From Candidatus Thorarchaeota archaeon (GTDB taxonomy: Archaea > Asgardarchaeota > Thorarchaeia > Thorarchaeales > Thorarchaeaceae), in contig JAWOEX010000017.1 in NCBI GenBank assembly GCA_046482545.1, forward strand, positions 1 through 12,600: a stretch of DNA of 12,600 bases, read 5' to 3'. Below, in pieces: positions 1-8,238 of the stretch. The position numbers and the translations under genes were made by a program. Position 1 is the stretch's first letter. The number at the start of each line of letters is the position of its first letter. A model generated the notes under the pieces. It worked only from the letters and a program-made list of their open reading frames with translations, did not search any database and was not told the DNA's origin.

Positions 1-153
1 AGTACCAGAAAAGGCGAATTGGTAGTGAAGACAATAGCCATGTACAGAACATGGTTTTACCGTTCCACAAAGCACAGCTATGAAGGTTTCTAAAGTGAAA
101 ATCAAGACAGAGCTCGATCTATTATTTATGGCCCCTTCAATGCGAAGAACAAT

Positions 154-260
154 TGAGAAATGCTGAGGATGGAGGTACTGCTTTTCTGAGGGTCCGCTCA
201 AATCTTGACAACTCTAGGTGCGCATGAGCTATATTTTCGGTCTGCTTGAAACGCTAATAT
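154..260 (+). repeat. Dispersed ~110-bp direct repeat, copy 1
   Basis: tgagaaatgctgaggatggaggtactgc...ctcaaatcttgacaactctaggtg...atattttcggtctg...cttgaaacgctaatat; aligns by eye with 2681-2793, 5848-5953 and 11039-11148. Confidence 0.95.
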
Positions 261-262
261 AG
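248..262 (+). promoter_or_regulatory. Putative archaeal BRE/TATA promoter at right end of repeat copy 1
   Basis: gaaacgctaatatag: purine-rich BRE-like segment then an AT-rich box; gctaatat ends 38 nt before the TTG at 298. Same motif and spacing in copy 2 (2793 to 2831). Confidence 0.45.
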
Positions 263-297
263 CGATAAGAATGTAGTGTAGGAAAGGGCGAACCTCA

Positions 298-2508
298 TTG
301 ATGCACGGAGTTTACGTTGTAGGAAGGAACGGAGAATTAGTGTACTCAAAGCAGCTTACAGATTCATCATCAAATGAAGAAATAGTAAATCATCTACAGC
401 ATCTGGCCGATTCTCTTCCGACAGAGAGGGAGAAGGGTCAAGTTGAATACAGCGATTTCTTAAATTACAGGGTGTACTATTTTGCTGATTCAGAGTATGT
501 TCTTTTAGTAGTAGCTGACAAAGCAGACGAGAAGAAAATAACCTCTCAGAAGACAAAGATATTCGCGGATACCTTCAGGATGGGCGGCGTTGTATCAGTT
601 TCATCGCATGAGCTTGATAGGCTCATAGATTTCTTGGAAGCACCCCCGTTGAAAGTTGCAGTTATCGGATTCGAAAACCCGAGTCTAGGAAAAGAGGCAT
701 TGTTGAACCTGCTTAGAAGTGAAATTCTGTCCCCTAAGAATGGTACAAGATGGGGAGATACAATTGAGGGGCCCTTATTACAGGAAGAAAACATCAACGT
801 AATTCTCTGGAATTTGGCTGGTCAGTCGCGGTTTAGCATTGTCTGGGGTAAGATGATTGCGAATGCTCAAGTTGTTGTTATTGTCACAGATAGTACCTTT
901 GAGAATGTTTTGAAGAGTAAGAAATTGGTTAGCCTAGCAAAAGAAAAGGTACCCAATGCAAAAATAATCGGTATTGCCAATGAACAAGACCTGTCAACCG
1001 CACTAACACCTGAAAGAATCAGCCATATACTGGATATACCCACATACGGACTCACAGAAATTGATGATTCCCAAGTCGGTCTGCAAGCTACGGAATATCG
1101 AGAGCCTCACCCCATTGCAATAGCGATTCAAGAGCATGATGAACCTTGGCTGGTGATTGGCATTATCAGCAATAGAACAGACTTCAAAGATACGTTCGAG
1201 ATTCAGAAGGCGATTATGGATAGAGCCGATGACATTGCCCATGCCATTCGTGATTCTGAGGATCCATGGGAAATAGTCAGCAATATCAGCGGTTTTGATA
1301 TTCTCAGAGAAAAACAAGAAATTCGTGAAGCAGTCCAGGAAAGGGCATCCAGTATTGCAGAAACTATCAACAAATCTAACCGACCTTGGAAAGTAGTATG
1401 GAAAATCCATTGGTGGAAAGACCTCAGGCAGAACGAGGAAATTCAGCATGCCATCGTGCAAGCCATTGCTGAGTCTAGAGAACCGTGGCGGATAGTTAGG
1501 CGGATAGACAACTGGGAGGCCATACACCAAAACAAGGATATTGGCAAGGCTCTCGCAAGAGCTCTCCATCAGTGTGAGAAACCATGGCGTGTGGTTTCCA
1601 AACTCTACTACCAAGAAGAAATCTGGAATAATCAAGACATTCGGGAAGCTATCTACGATAGAGCTCCCGATATTATCCAAGCCATCGGAAAAGCGGATGC
1701 GGAATGGGAGGAGATCAGTCAACGCTTGAACTGGGCAAAAATCGCTGGGGAAGAACGGACATACGAGGCTTTTGCACGTGCCATACGTGAGTCGGATAGG
1801 CCGTCGCCGGTACTTGAGAGAATCAACCATTGGAGGAATCTAAAGAAAACGTTGGTATTTGGTGAAGTCGATCTTTTAGAGAATCTAAAGACGGATGCGG
1901 ATGTGCAGGAGGCTATTGTGCAAGCCATCCATGAATCTGATGACGCCTTGCAGATTGCGCACGAAATCGGCGATTGGGAAGATGTCATAGGAAATACGGC
2001 CATTCACAAAGCTATTGCAGACGCTCTTCGCGCATCTGACAAACCGTGGCATTTTCTGTTTCGGATTAGTTCCTGTGAAGATCTCAGGAAGAAGGAGCCG
2101 ATTCTTCAGGCCGTTATACAAACCCTTCATGAGACTTCCGAGCCGGCGTGGGTTATTGGTGCTTTGAGTCAGTGGAAAGAGTTTGGAAACACAGAAACGC
2201 TTCGAGAAGCTGCGAAAGGCAGAATCCCTGATATTGCTGAAGAAATTCGTGGACCTAAATATCCAAGTTGGGTTCTCGTTCATATGCGACATTGGGCTGA
2301 TCTTCACAAGCGGGATGATATTGATTACGAAGTCATTGGAAACTGGCGACCAGCAGACATGTTCGAGGAGATTGCAGGTTGTAGGAAGTCCTATTTCTAC
2401 TTCCAAATGCTCATGTCAATCGATTTTATCCGGGAGAACGAACTAATCAAAGACGCCTTCAGAAAACGAGGGTTGTATGATTACTTCTACAAAGGGAGCT
2501 CTAAGTAA
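298..2508 (+). CDS. Longin-like domain + degenerate Arf/Ras-like small GTPase domain + C-terminal alpha-helical repeat protein
   Basis: 736-aa ORF (TTG at 298 or ATG at 301). N-terminus GVYVVGRNGELVYSKQL...YRVYYFADSEYVLLVVAD follows a longin-like pattern (inferred). GTPase scaffold LKVAVIG..GK, LWNLAGQSRF, VVVIVTDST, IGIANEQDL, then about 12 repeats containing AIxES..PW. Confidence 0.85.
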   Translation: MMHGVYVVGRNGELVYSKQLTDSSSNEEIVNHLQHLADSLPTEREKGQVEYSDFLNYRVYYFADSEYVLLVVADKADEKKITSQKTKIFADTFRMGGVVSVSSHELDRLIDFLEAPPLKVAVIGFENPSLGKEALLNLLRSEILSPKNGTRWGDTIEGPLLQEENINVILWNLAGQSRFSIVWGKMIANAQVVVIVTDSTFENVLKSKKLVSLAKEKVPNAKIIGIANEQDLSTALTPERISHILDIPTYGLTEIDDSQVGLQATEYREPHPIAIAIQEHDEPWLVIGIISNRTDFKDTFEIQKAIMDRADDIAHAIRDSEDPWEIVSNISGFDILREKQEIREAVQERASSIAETINKSNRPWKVVWKIHWWKDLRQNEEIQHAIVQAIAESREPWRIVRRIDNWEAIHQNKDIGKALARALHQCEKPWRVVSKLYYQEEIWNNQDIREAIYDRAPDIIQAIGKADAEWEEISQRLNWAKIAGEERTYEAFARAIRESDRPSPVLERINHWRNLKKTLVFGEVDLLENLKTDADVQEAIVQAIHESDDALQIAHEIGDWEDVIGNTAIHKAIADALRASDKPWHFLFRISSCEDLRKKEPILQAVIQTLHETSEPAWVIGALSQWKEFGNTETLREAAKGRIPDIAEEIRGPKYPSWVLVHMRHWADLHKRDDIDYEVIGNWRPADMFEEIAGCRKSYFYFQMLMSIDFIRENELIKDAFRKRGLYDYFYKGSSK
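1114..2505 (+). repeat. Intragenic protein-level tandem repeats, 33-aa unit with 40-aa variants, about 12 copies
   Basis: e.g. IVQAIAESREPWRIVRRIDNWEAIHQNKDIGKA, IADALRASDKPWHFLFRISSCEDLRKKEPILQA, IAETINKSNRPWKVVWKIHWWKDLRQNEEIQHA; longer units add a 7-aa IxDRAxD-like segment. Confidence 0.9.
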
Positions 2509-2680
2509 AAGGGGCCTTACACTTAATGAGAGAGGATAATCTCATGAATTCACCAAATCCCGTGAGAAGAATTATCATGCCTATCAAAAAATGAGTGGCA
2601 AGTTCTAATGGGATGCAGAAGCAATTACATCACAGTGCATCAGCTCTTCTCAAGAATTACAGTGTTAAAACAAAACTAAC

Positions 2681-2793
2681 TGAGAAATGCTGAGTATGGA
2701 GGTATATGTTTTCTGAGGTCTGACCCAAATCTTGGGAACTCCAGGTACTGCACGAGCTACATTTTCGGTCTGGTCGCCTTGAAAGGCTAATAT
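2681..2793 (+). repeat. Dispersed ~110-bp direct repeat, copy 2 (most diverged core)
   Basis: tgagaaatgctgagtatggaggta...cccaaatcttgggaactccaggtactgcacgagctacattttcggtctggtcgccttgaaaggctaatat. Confidence 0.93.
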
Positions 2794-2830
2794 GTCGGAA
2801 TACGTAGGAGAATGCGGAGGGAGAAGCGAG

Positions 2831-3076
2831 TTGATACGCGGAGTCTATATCGAGGGGAAGGGACTCTCTTACTCAAGGGAATATGGGGAATCACCGCTAC
2901 AGGGTGATTGTCCTCATACCAGTGGAATCCGGAAACAAATGACGCAACGTACTAGACAAGGCATGAACGAAGTTCTGATCTTCACGAAGCTCTGGGAGGA
3001 ATTTCAGGGAGAGGTCCAGCTGTCGACTGCGTATGACATTTGGATACTTCCCATCAGTATGCTTGCTGAGATATAG
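2831..3076 (+). pseudogene. Decayed remnant of a longin-like gene paralogous to the 5' end of 298..2508
   Basis: ttgatacgcggagtctatatcgaggggaag versus ttgatgcacggagtttacgttgtaggaagg at 298; (M)IRGVYIEGKGLSYSREY versus (M)MHGVYVVGRNGELVYSKQL; similarity lost after about 20 codons. Confidence 0.6.
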
Positions 3077-3113
3077 CTTTTTTTGGGTAAAAGAAAAAAG
3101 AAAAAATTAATAA
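3077..3113. promoter_or_regulatory. Oligo-T tract (possible terminator) followed by A-tract and TATA-like box
   Basis: T7 at 3078-3084 right after the TAG at 3074-3076; then aaaagaaaaaagaaaaaattaataa. Confidence 0.35.
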
Positions 3114-3260
3114 CCAATTAGTATAGTAACTAGCTCAGACCGGAGTAGTAGGTGAGGATGTTTTGTTGAACATCGAAAAGGATGGTTGCATTGATTATCT
3201 GTTATTCATCCTCAGCTTCAATACTATTCGGGCATGTGTTATGTAAGAAGGTTAAGACAG

Positions 3261-5142
3261 ATGGAATCACGAAGAAGAAGAATCTTCGTTGTCTTGCTGC
3301 TAATTACCGTTTTGGTAGGATTAGGGGGAAGTCATTACTTCATTCAAACAGTTCACGGTTTGTCGTGGTATGGTTGGAGTTCGAAACTTGTTGGAGATAT
3401 CTCAGAGAGTCATATATCTGATTACTGGACTGTCGCCAGCTCTCCAAAATCTGGATATGAGAATTATCTCTGGTCGAATTGGCATGACGTTGTCGACAGT
3501 GAACACGATTACTGGAGTAATAATGACAAAGAGATGGTCTTCAGCACGTACTCCAGTAGTTCCACCACGGTGGGGCACATCGAGTTCAAATCAAAAGCCT
3601 CCATTCAAGATACTGAGAAACTAATATTCAAAGGAAGGTTGGGGGCTAGATTCACATATTCTGGTGTGAGGACTTTTGGCTGGGCTCAGATATATGACAT
3701 AACTTCTCAGGAAGTGGTTGAAAGTGTTAGTATCAAATCAGGAACGAACGCAAACACATGGAAATGGGAGACTTTCTCTAAGAGCATATCTCTAAACAAA
3801 AATCATCAATATATTATCAGGCTGAAAGCTAAAGATGCATGGATTCAACAGAAAGTCGAAATAGCATGGGAATGTGCAGAAGTCTGGTTCCATGGTCAAG
3901 ATTCGGATTACGGTGTCCCACTTCAACATGGCACGCACACCTGGCGATATGAATGGAGAGGACTTGAATACTGGGCAATGTATGAGTGCCGGGTTAGTTC
4001 TGATGTTGTGTTCCATTCGACACCTATCGAAGATATGTTAAGGGATCATCGTCCTTATGTATTGAATGATTTGAAACCTTTGTACAGCCAAGGCGACCCC
4101 ACCGGATGGGATCCTTGTTATCTTCATGAGTTCCGTAGCGATCCCTTCTACAAGCTAGAAGGCGATGAGTGGTATTCCACTGATTTTCCCGGAAGTATTG
4201 GTTATACTGATTCTTGTGAAACGGAGGAATTAGATGATGGCTATGAGGAGATTGAGGTCTACACACGTAATCCAGACCTATTTGTTTCTGGTCGCCTATT
4301 ATGTGTCCATTCGTTACACCGTGCATGAAACAGGATCAGTAGATGTAACTCTCGAAAATGAACTGGGCAACGAGGATGACAATAAAGCAGGTTTGTCTCC
4401 TCCGGCCTATCCCGTTGCAGGGATTCCAATCGTGACTAACACATATAGTCATGATCAAAAATCATATAGAGTATGGCCACTATATTCCCTAGCTTCATCT
4501 AGTCCGAACCACCAATACACACAACCATCGTTGAACGCCTCCTATGATAGTAGGGGGAATTCTATCAAGCTCGTGGAGAATCACCAGCTATTCAATGTGT
4601 TTCTTATTGGTAGGTACCCAGACTATCTAAAAGCCTATGTTCAACTAAAGATTGAAAGTAAGGAAGATTTGAGTAAATTCATATCAGATAAACGAAAGAT
4701 TGCTAATAACGCTTATAGTAAACTGGCCAAAGAGTCCAATGTACCTGCAACAATAACCTTCAATGGTATTAAGACCGTTGAGGATACTTTAGATCTGGTC
4801 GAAAACTTCGACTTAGACCTCATTCGGTTCAGATTCACAGCTAGGAACAATGACGGACACATAATTAGAGGTCAAGGAAAACCCTGCGGACCGGATTTAG
4901 TCCCACTTGAAACCCTCTACAGCTTCATTGGAAGCCACAAGCTTGAAGGAATACAATCCATTGATGTAAGGGCAACTCCATCAGTCATAGAACAGATCTC
5001 CGGGAGTGGAAAAGTAGCATCTGTGGATTTCTCAGCATTGTGCGCTATTCTCAACGCGAATATAGACGTTGGTGACTTCAATGAAGTAGTCCTCTACGTG
5101 GAGGATGCCTCATGGTACCTCAACCATGCACAGCTAGAATGA
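3261..5142 (+). pseudogene. Secreted/membrane-anchored hypothetical protein split by one frameshift near 4290-4297 (ORFs 3234..4328 and 4234..5142)
   Basis: ATG at 3261 gives MESRRRRIFVVLLLITVLVGLGG (basic + hydrophobic signal/anchor). The two ORFs overlap in a +1 frame relation and join naturally as ...EIEVYTRNPDLFVSG/(VA)YYVSIRYTVHETGSVDV...; may be an assembly error. Confidence 0.65.
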
Positions 5143-5170
5143 AATGAAAGAGAAGTGAATGGGAACATAG

Positions 5171-5854
5171 ATGGAGTCATCAGAAATAGTATTTCGGGAC
5201 TGGAAAAGGCGAGAAAATCAAGTTCTCAGGCGATATCCATTATTTGTTTTGGCATATTGGATTTTGTTGGTGGCCATATTTTACATTCTCCCCCTTCTTG
5301 AAGGAATTCTGGGGAGCAACTCGTACATTCTCGGTATTTTAATGCTATCCCCATTCCTCTTAATTACATTATCAACCAACATCGTATGGTCTCATGAAGC
5401 GTTCGGAACAGCTGCAAATAGCTCGAATTTCAGGGCCAAAAGAGTGTTGCAAGGGGCGTTGAGTTTGGGTATACTGGGTGCAATGATTGCTTCCATTGGA
5501 CTTGGTATCTTGCCACTCACGCCTTCGTCTATGTACAGTATCCGCCTATATATTCTCGGATTCCTGTCTTTTGCCGTCGTCCTGATACCAGTATTCCTGA
5601 CTACAGCTTTGTTATCTGATAATCCTGCCAGATTCCTGAAGGACTGTGTCAAACCTCCGTTGTCTTGGCTGGTATATCCTTGTATCTGGCTCATCTATGC
5701 TGTTCTGCAGCTGTATGGTTTCTTCTTCTCAATCATGCATCCCATGTTATCAGTTGTCTGGGTTATTCCCATAGCCTTGTTGCTACCAATTCAAGTCATG
5801 ATCTTGCCGTATTTCGCCGCACAATCAAGGTACCAAAACAAACTAGTATGCTGA
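5171..5854 (+). CDS. Hypothetical polytopic membrane protein (about 6 TM)
   Basis: 227-aa ORF with repeated hydrophobic segments, 28 nt downstream of the previous gene; TGA stop lies within repeat copy 3. Confidence 0.8.
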   Translation: MESSEIVFRDWKRRENQVLRRYPLFVLAYWILLVAIFYILPLLEGILGSNSYILGILMLSPFLLITLSTNIVWSHEAFGTAANSSNFRAKRVLQGALSLGILGAMIASIGLGILPLTPSSMYSIRLYILGFLSFAVVLIPVFLTTALLSDNPARFLKDCVKPPLSWLVYPCIWLIYAVLQLYGFFFSIMHPMLSVVWVIPIALLLPIQVMILPYFAAQSRYQNKLVC

Positions 5855-5953
5855 GGATGGAGGTACTGCTTCTGTGAGGTTCCGACTCAAATCTTGACAA
5901 CTCTAGGTGTTGCACGAGTCATATTTTCGGTCCGCTCGCCTCGGACATTAGTA
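5848..5953 (+). repeat. Dispersed ~110-bp direct repeat, copy 3
   Basis: atgctgaggatggaggtactgcttctgtgaggttccgactcaaatcttgacaactctaggtgttgcacgagtcatattttcggtccgctcgcctcggacattagta; shares an exact 33-nt run with copy 4. Confidence 0.95.
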
Positions 5954-6300
5954 TCTATCAAACTAAGGAGGAATAAAGAAGCCAAGTAACGGAGCTAATT
6001 TTGATGACAACACCCGACCCATAAAATATTAATCAGGAGTTGAAAAACCAAAGAAACGACGTAGAAACTAGAAAGATAGAATTCAATGAGTACTTGATTT
6101 CGCAGATAAACTGCATTCAGTACAATTTCGCATTCTATCAATCATCTTCGTAAGCATAGCACATCTTGCCAACGCATTCTCCTGATTCGTATAAAGATAT
6201 ATTAGAGATTACAATAAAGGGTTAATGTGGTTTGGAGAGGCTTGTAAGGCAATTGTGAAGGCATAATTTCCAGCATGTTGATTCACCACGAAGTGACAAT

Positions 6301-6909
6301 ATGAATAAGAGGAATATTGGATTGGTAATTATAGTTCTAGCCGTAGTCCTTTCAATGACCCCACAACTAGTTTTTGCCGGTTCAGGTCAGATGAGCAGTA
6401 ACTATGATGACGGGGGACATTGGGCACAATTTGGGAGTTCTGCACAAGATTGGCCCTACTACGAGAAGGTGGGGGTCTGGTCTCATGGTTTGGGATTCCA
6501 AACCGGCGGTGGTGCGTGGGTTGGTGCAGTCGATGAAGATATATCGGGTAGCCATAGTTTCACAATGACAGCGGATATCAGACTCTATGCATTTGTGGAA
6601 GCAGATGGTATTGGAAGTACGGCGCTGGTAGAAGTGTGGTTTGTGATTCGAGATGCGGATACCAAGAATGAGCTTTGGAAAGCAAAAGTTTGGTCCTTTA
6701 GTAGGATGAATTTTGAGTATTATACGTTTTCCGGGACAATATCGGAGTTGAATCCTTCGAGCTTTTCGATTGATAGTCCCAGTGACGATTACCTATTCTG
6801 TGTGGAGTTTAGAGGATATACATCATTCAATGGTCGTGTCTGTAAGAATGGCGACAAGCCAGATCAAAAGGCAATATTATACGTTGACAAGATAACCTGG
6901 CAGTGGTAA
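6301..6909 (+). CDS. Hypothetical secreted protein, Gly/aromatic-rich, probably beta-rich
   Basis: 202-aa ORF; signal peptide MNKRNIGLVIIVLAVVLSMTPQLVFA; no C-terminal anchor. Confidence 0.85.
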   Translation: MNKRNIGLVIIVLAVVLSMTPQLVFAGSGQMSSNYDDGGHWAQFGSSAQDWPYYEKVGVWSHGLGFQTGGGAWVGAVDEDISGSHSFTMTADIRLYAFVEADGIGSTALVEVWFVIRDADTKNELWKAKVWSFSRMNFEYYTFSGTISELNPSSFSIDSPSDDYLFCVEFRGYTSFNGRVCKNGDKPDQKAILYVDKITWQW

Positions 6910-6975
6910 CGGAAGAACCAAATCCAAATAGATGGGCAAAGTATTGAGGATGAAACAGACAGGTTGAGTTTATCT

Positions 6976-7029
6976 ATCGTGGAATGGAGAGAGGGCACAA
7001 TCTCTCTCGATTCCACGATTTTCTTTTTC
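6976..7029 (+). terminator. Strong hairpin followed by T-tract (intrinsic-terminator-like)
   Basis: atcgtggaat-g-gagagag (6976-6993) / loop ggcacaat / ctctctc-g-attccacgat (7002-7019): 17 bp with one G-G mismatch, then tttctttttc. Confidence 0.75.
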
Positions 7030-7320
7030 AAAAAAGTGGTATATTGAAATTAAAAAGGCACAAGAAATAGAAAATGTAGTCCAAACGAAAAGATAGGAAA
7101 ACATCCCGCAATTCTAAATCGGAAGAATATCCATAATAAAACATTCATGGTGCTATCCAGGTGGAGATACTAAAGCAGATGGTATGGGAACTATGTAATT
7201 ACAGAATTAAAAATGATGGTCATGAGTTGTCTGAAATGAAAATATATGTGTTTGTATCAATATAGAGGCCCAAACTGCTTATTAGTTAGGCACAAAATGA
7301 AAATATGTAGGTGTTGGGTT

Positions 7321-8238
7321 ATGCGAAAAACAACGATATCAGTTCGGAGTTTGGTAAAAATTTTCGTTGATGTAAGAGCTCTTGACAGTATCAATTTAGA
7401 TGTCGAACCCGGGATTTTCGGTCTTATTGGACCAAATGGAGCCGGGAAGACCACACTGCTTCGGGTATTGCTTGGTCTAATCAGGTCGGACGGCGGCACT
7501 GCCAAAGTACTTGGTCTTGACATCGCAGAGAGCTCGCTTGAAATTAGGAGAAGAATCGGCGTCCTTCATGAAAAGCCTGCATATCCCAAGTCGATGCAGG
7601 TGATAGAATATATGAATAAGGTTGCCAGGATTTACCGAAGCAACACATCGGCCGAGGAGCTGCTGACAAACGTTAGTCTTGACTATGCGAAGAATAGAGA
7701 AATCGGTAATCTTTCGGCAGGTATGTATCAGCGACTGGGCATCGCCCAGGCTCTGATTGGTTCTCCCGAACTTGTGTTTCTTGATGAGCCCACATCGAAT
7801 CTGGATGTGACCGGGCGCGATGATATCATGAACCTTATTGTTAATCTTCACAACGAACGTGATATCTCCTTTTTCGTATGTTCCCACATCCTCTCCGACC
7901 TTGAACGGGTCTGCCATCAGGTCGCGTTCATAGATAAGGGGAAGATAATAGAAAAGGGTGACACCAGAGATGTCATCGAGAAGTACACATCGAATACGTT
8001 CCGCATCGTAACCTCAGATGCTGTACGGCTTATCGAAGCTGTCAAACAGATTCCCGGGGTAAAAGAACCCAGAGTATCTGGAGGGAGCTCCATCACCTTT
8101 ACTTTAGAGTTAAGGGGGATTGATGATATTCAGGCAGACATCGAGAATGTTGCAGATCCGTTGGATATCAAGCTCTATGCGGTTGAACAAGCTGGTAATC
8201 TTGAGGTCGCTTTCAAGGAGCTTGCTAAACGTGAGTAA
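7321..8238 (+). CDS. ABC transporter ATP-binding protein (ABC-2 / drug-peptide exporter type)
   Basis: Walker A GPNGAGKTT, signature LSAGMYQRLGIAQAL, Walker B LVFLDEPT, H-loop CSH; start placed at ATG 7321 (ggtg upstream) rather than 7246. Confidence 0.96.
   Translation: MRKTTISVRSLVKIFVDVRALDSINLDVEPGIFGLIGPNGAGKTTLLRVLLGLIRSDGGTAKVLGLDIAESSLEIRRRIGVLHEKPAYPKSMQVIEYMNKVARIYRSNTSAEELLTNVSLDYAKNREIGNLSAGMYQRLGIAQALIGSPELVFLDEPTSNLDVTGRDDIMNLIVNLHNERDISFFVCSHILSDLERVCHQVAFIDKGKIIEKGDTRDVIEKYTSNTFRIVTSDAVRLIEAVKQIPGVKEPRVSGGSSITFTLELRGIDDIQADIENVADPLDIKLYAVEQAGNLEVAFKELAKRE

Noticed and set aside
1-93. Possible 3' end of an upstream CDS (frame 1, stop at 91-93)
   Set aside because: Only 30 codons, no motif, and it overlaps sequence resembling the repeat's left flank
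1003-2406. Long minus-strand ORFs 1003..1830 and 1885..2406
   Set aside because: Antisense shadows of the well-supported 736-aa gene; no motifs
3182-3421. 79-aa ORF upstream of and overlapping the secreted gene
   Set aside because: Overlaps the better-supported gene out of frame; no recognisable features
5848-5953. Repeat as canonical attC or tRNA fragment (ggttccgactc resembles a T-loop)
   Set aside because: No RYYYAAC/GTTRRRY termini; no acceptor stem, anticodon arm or proper 5-bp T-stem
7234-7306. 12-bp direct repeat aaatgaaaatat upstream of the ABC ATPase
   Set aside because: Low complexity in an AT-rich spacer; an operator role cannot be supported from sequence alone
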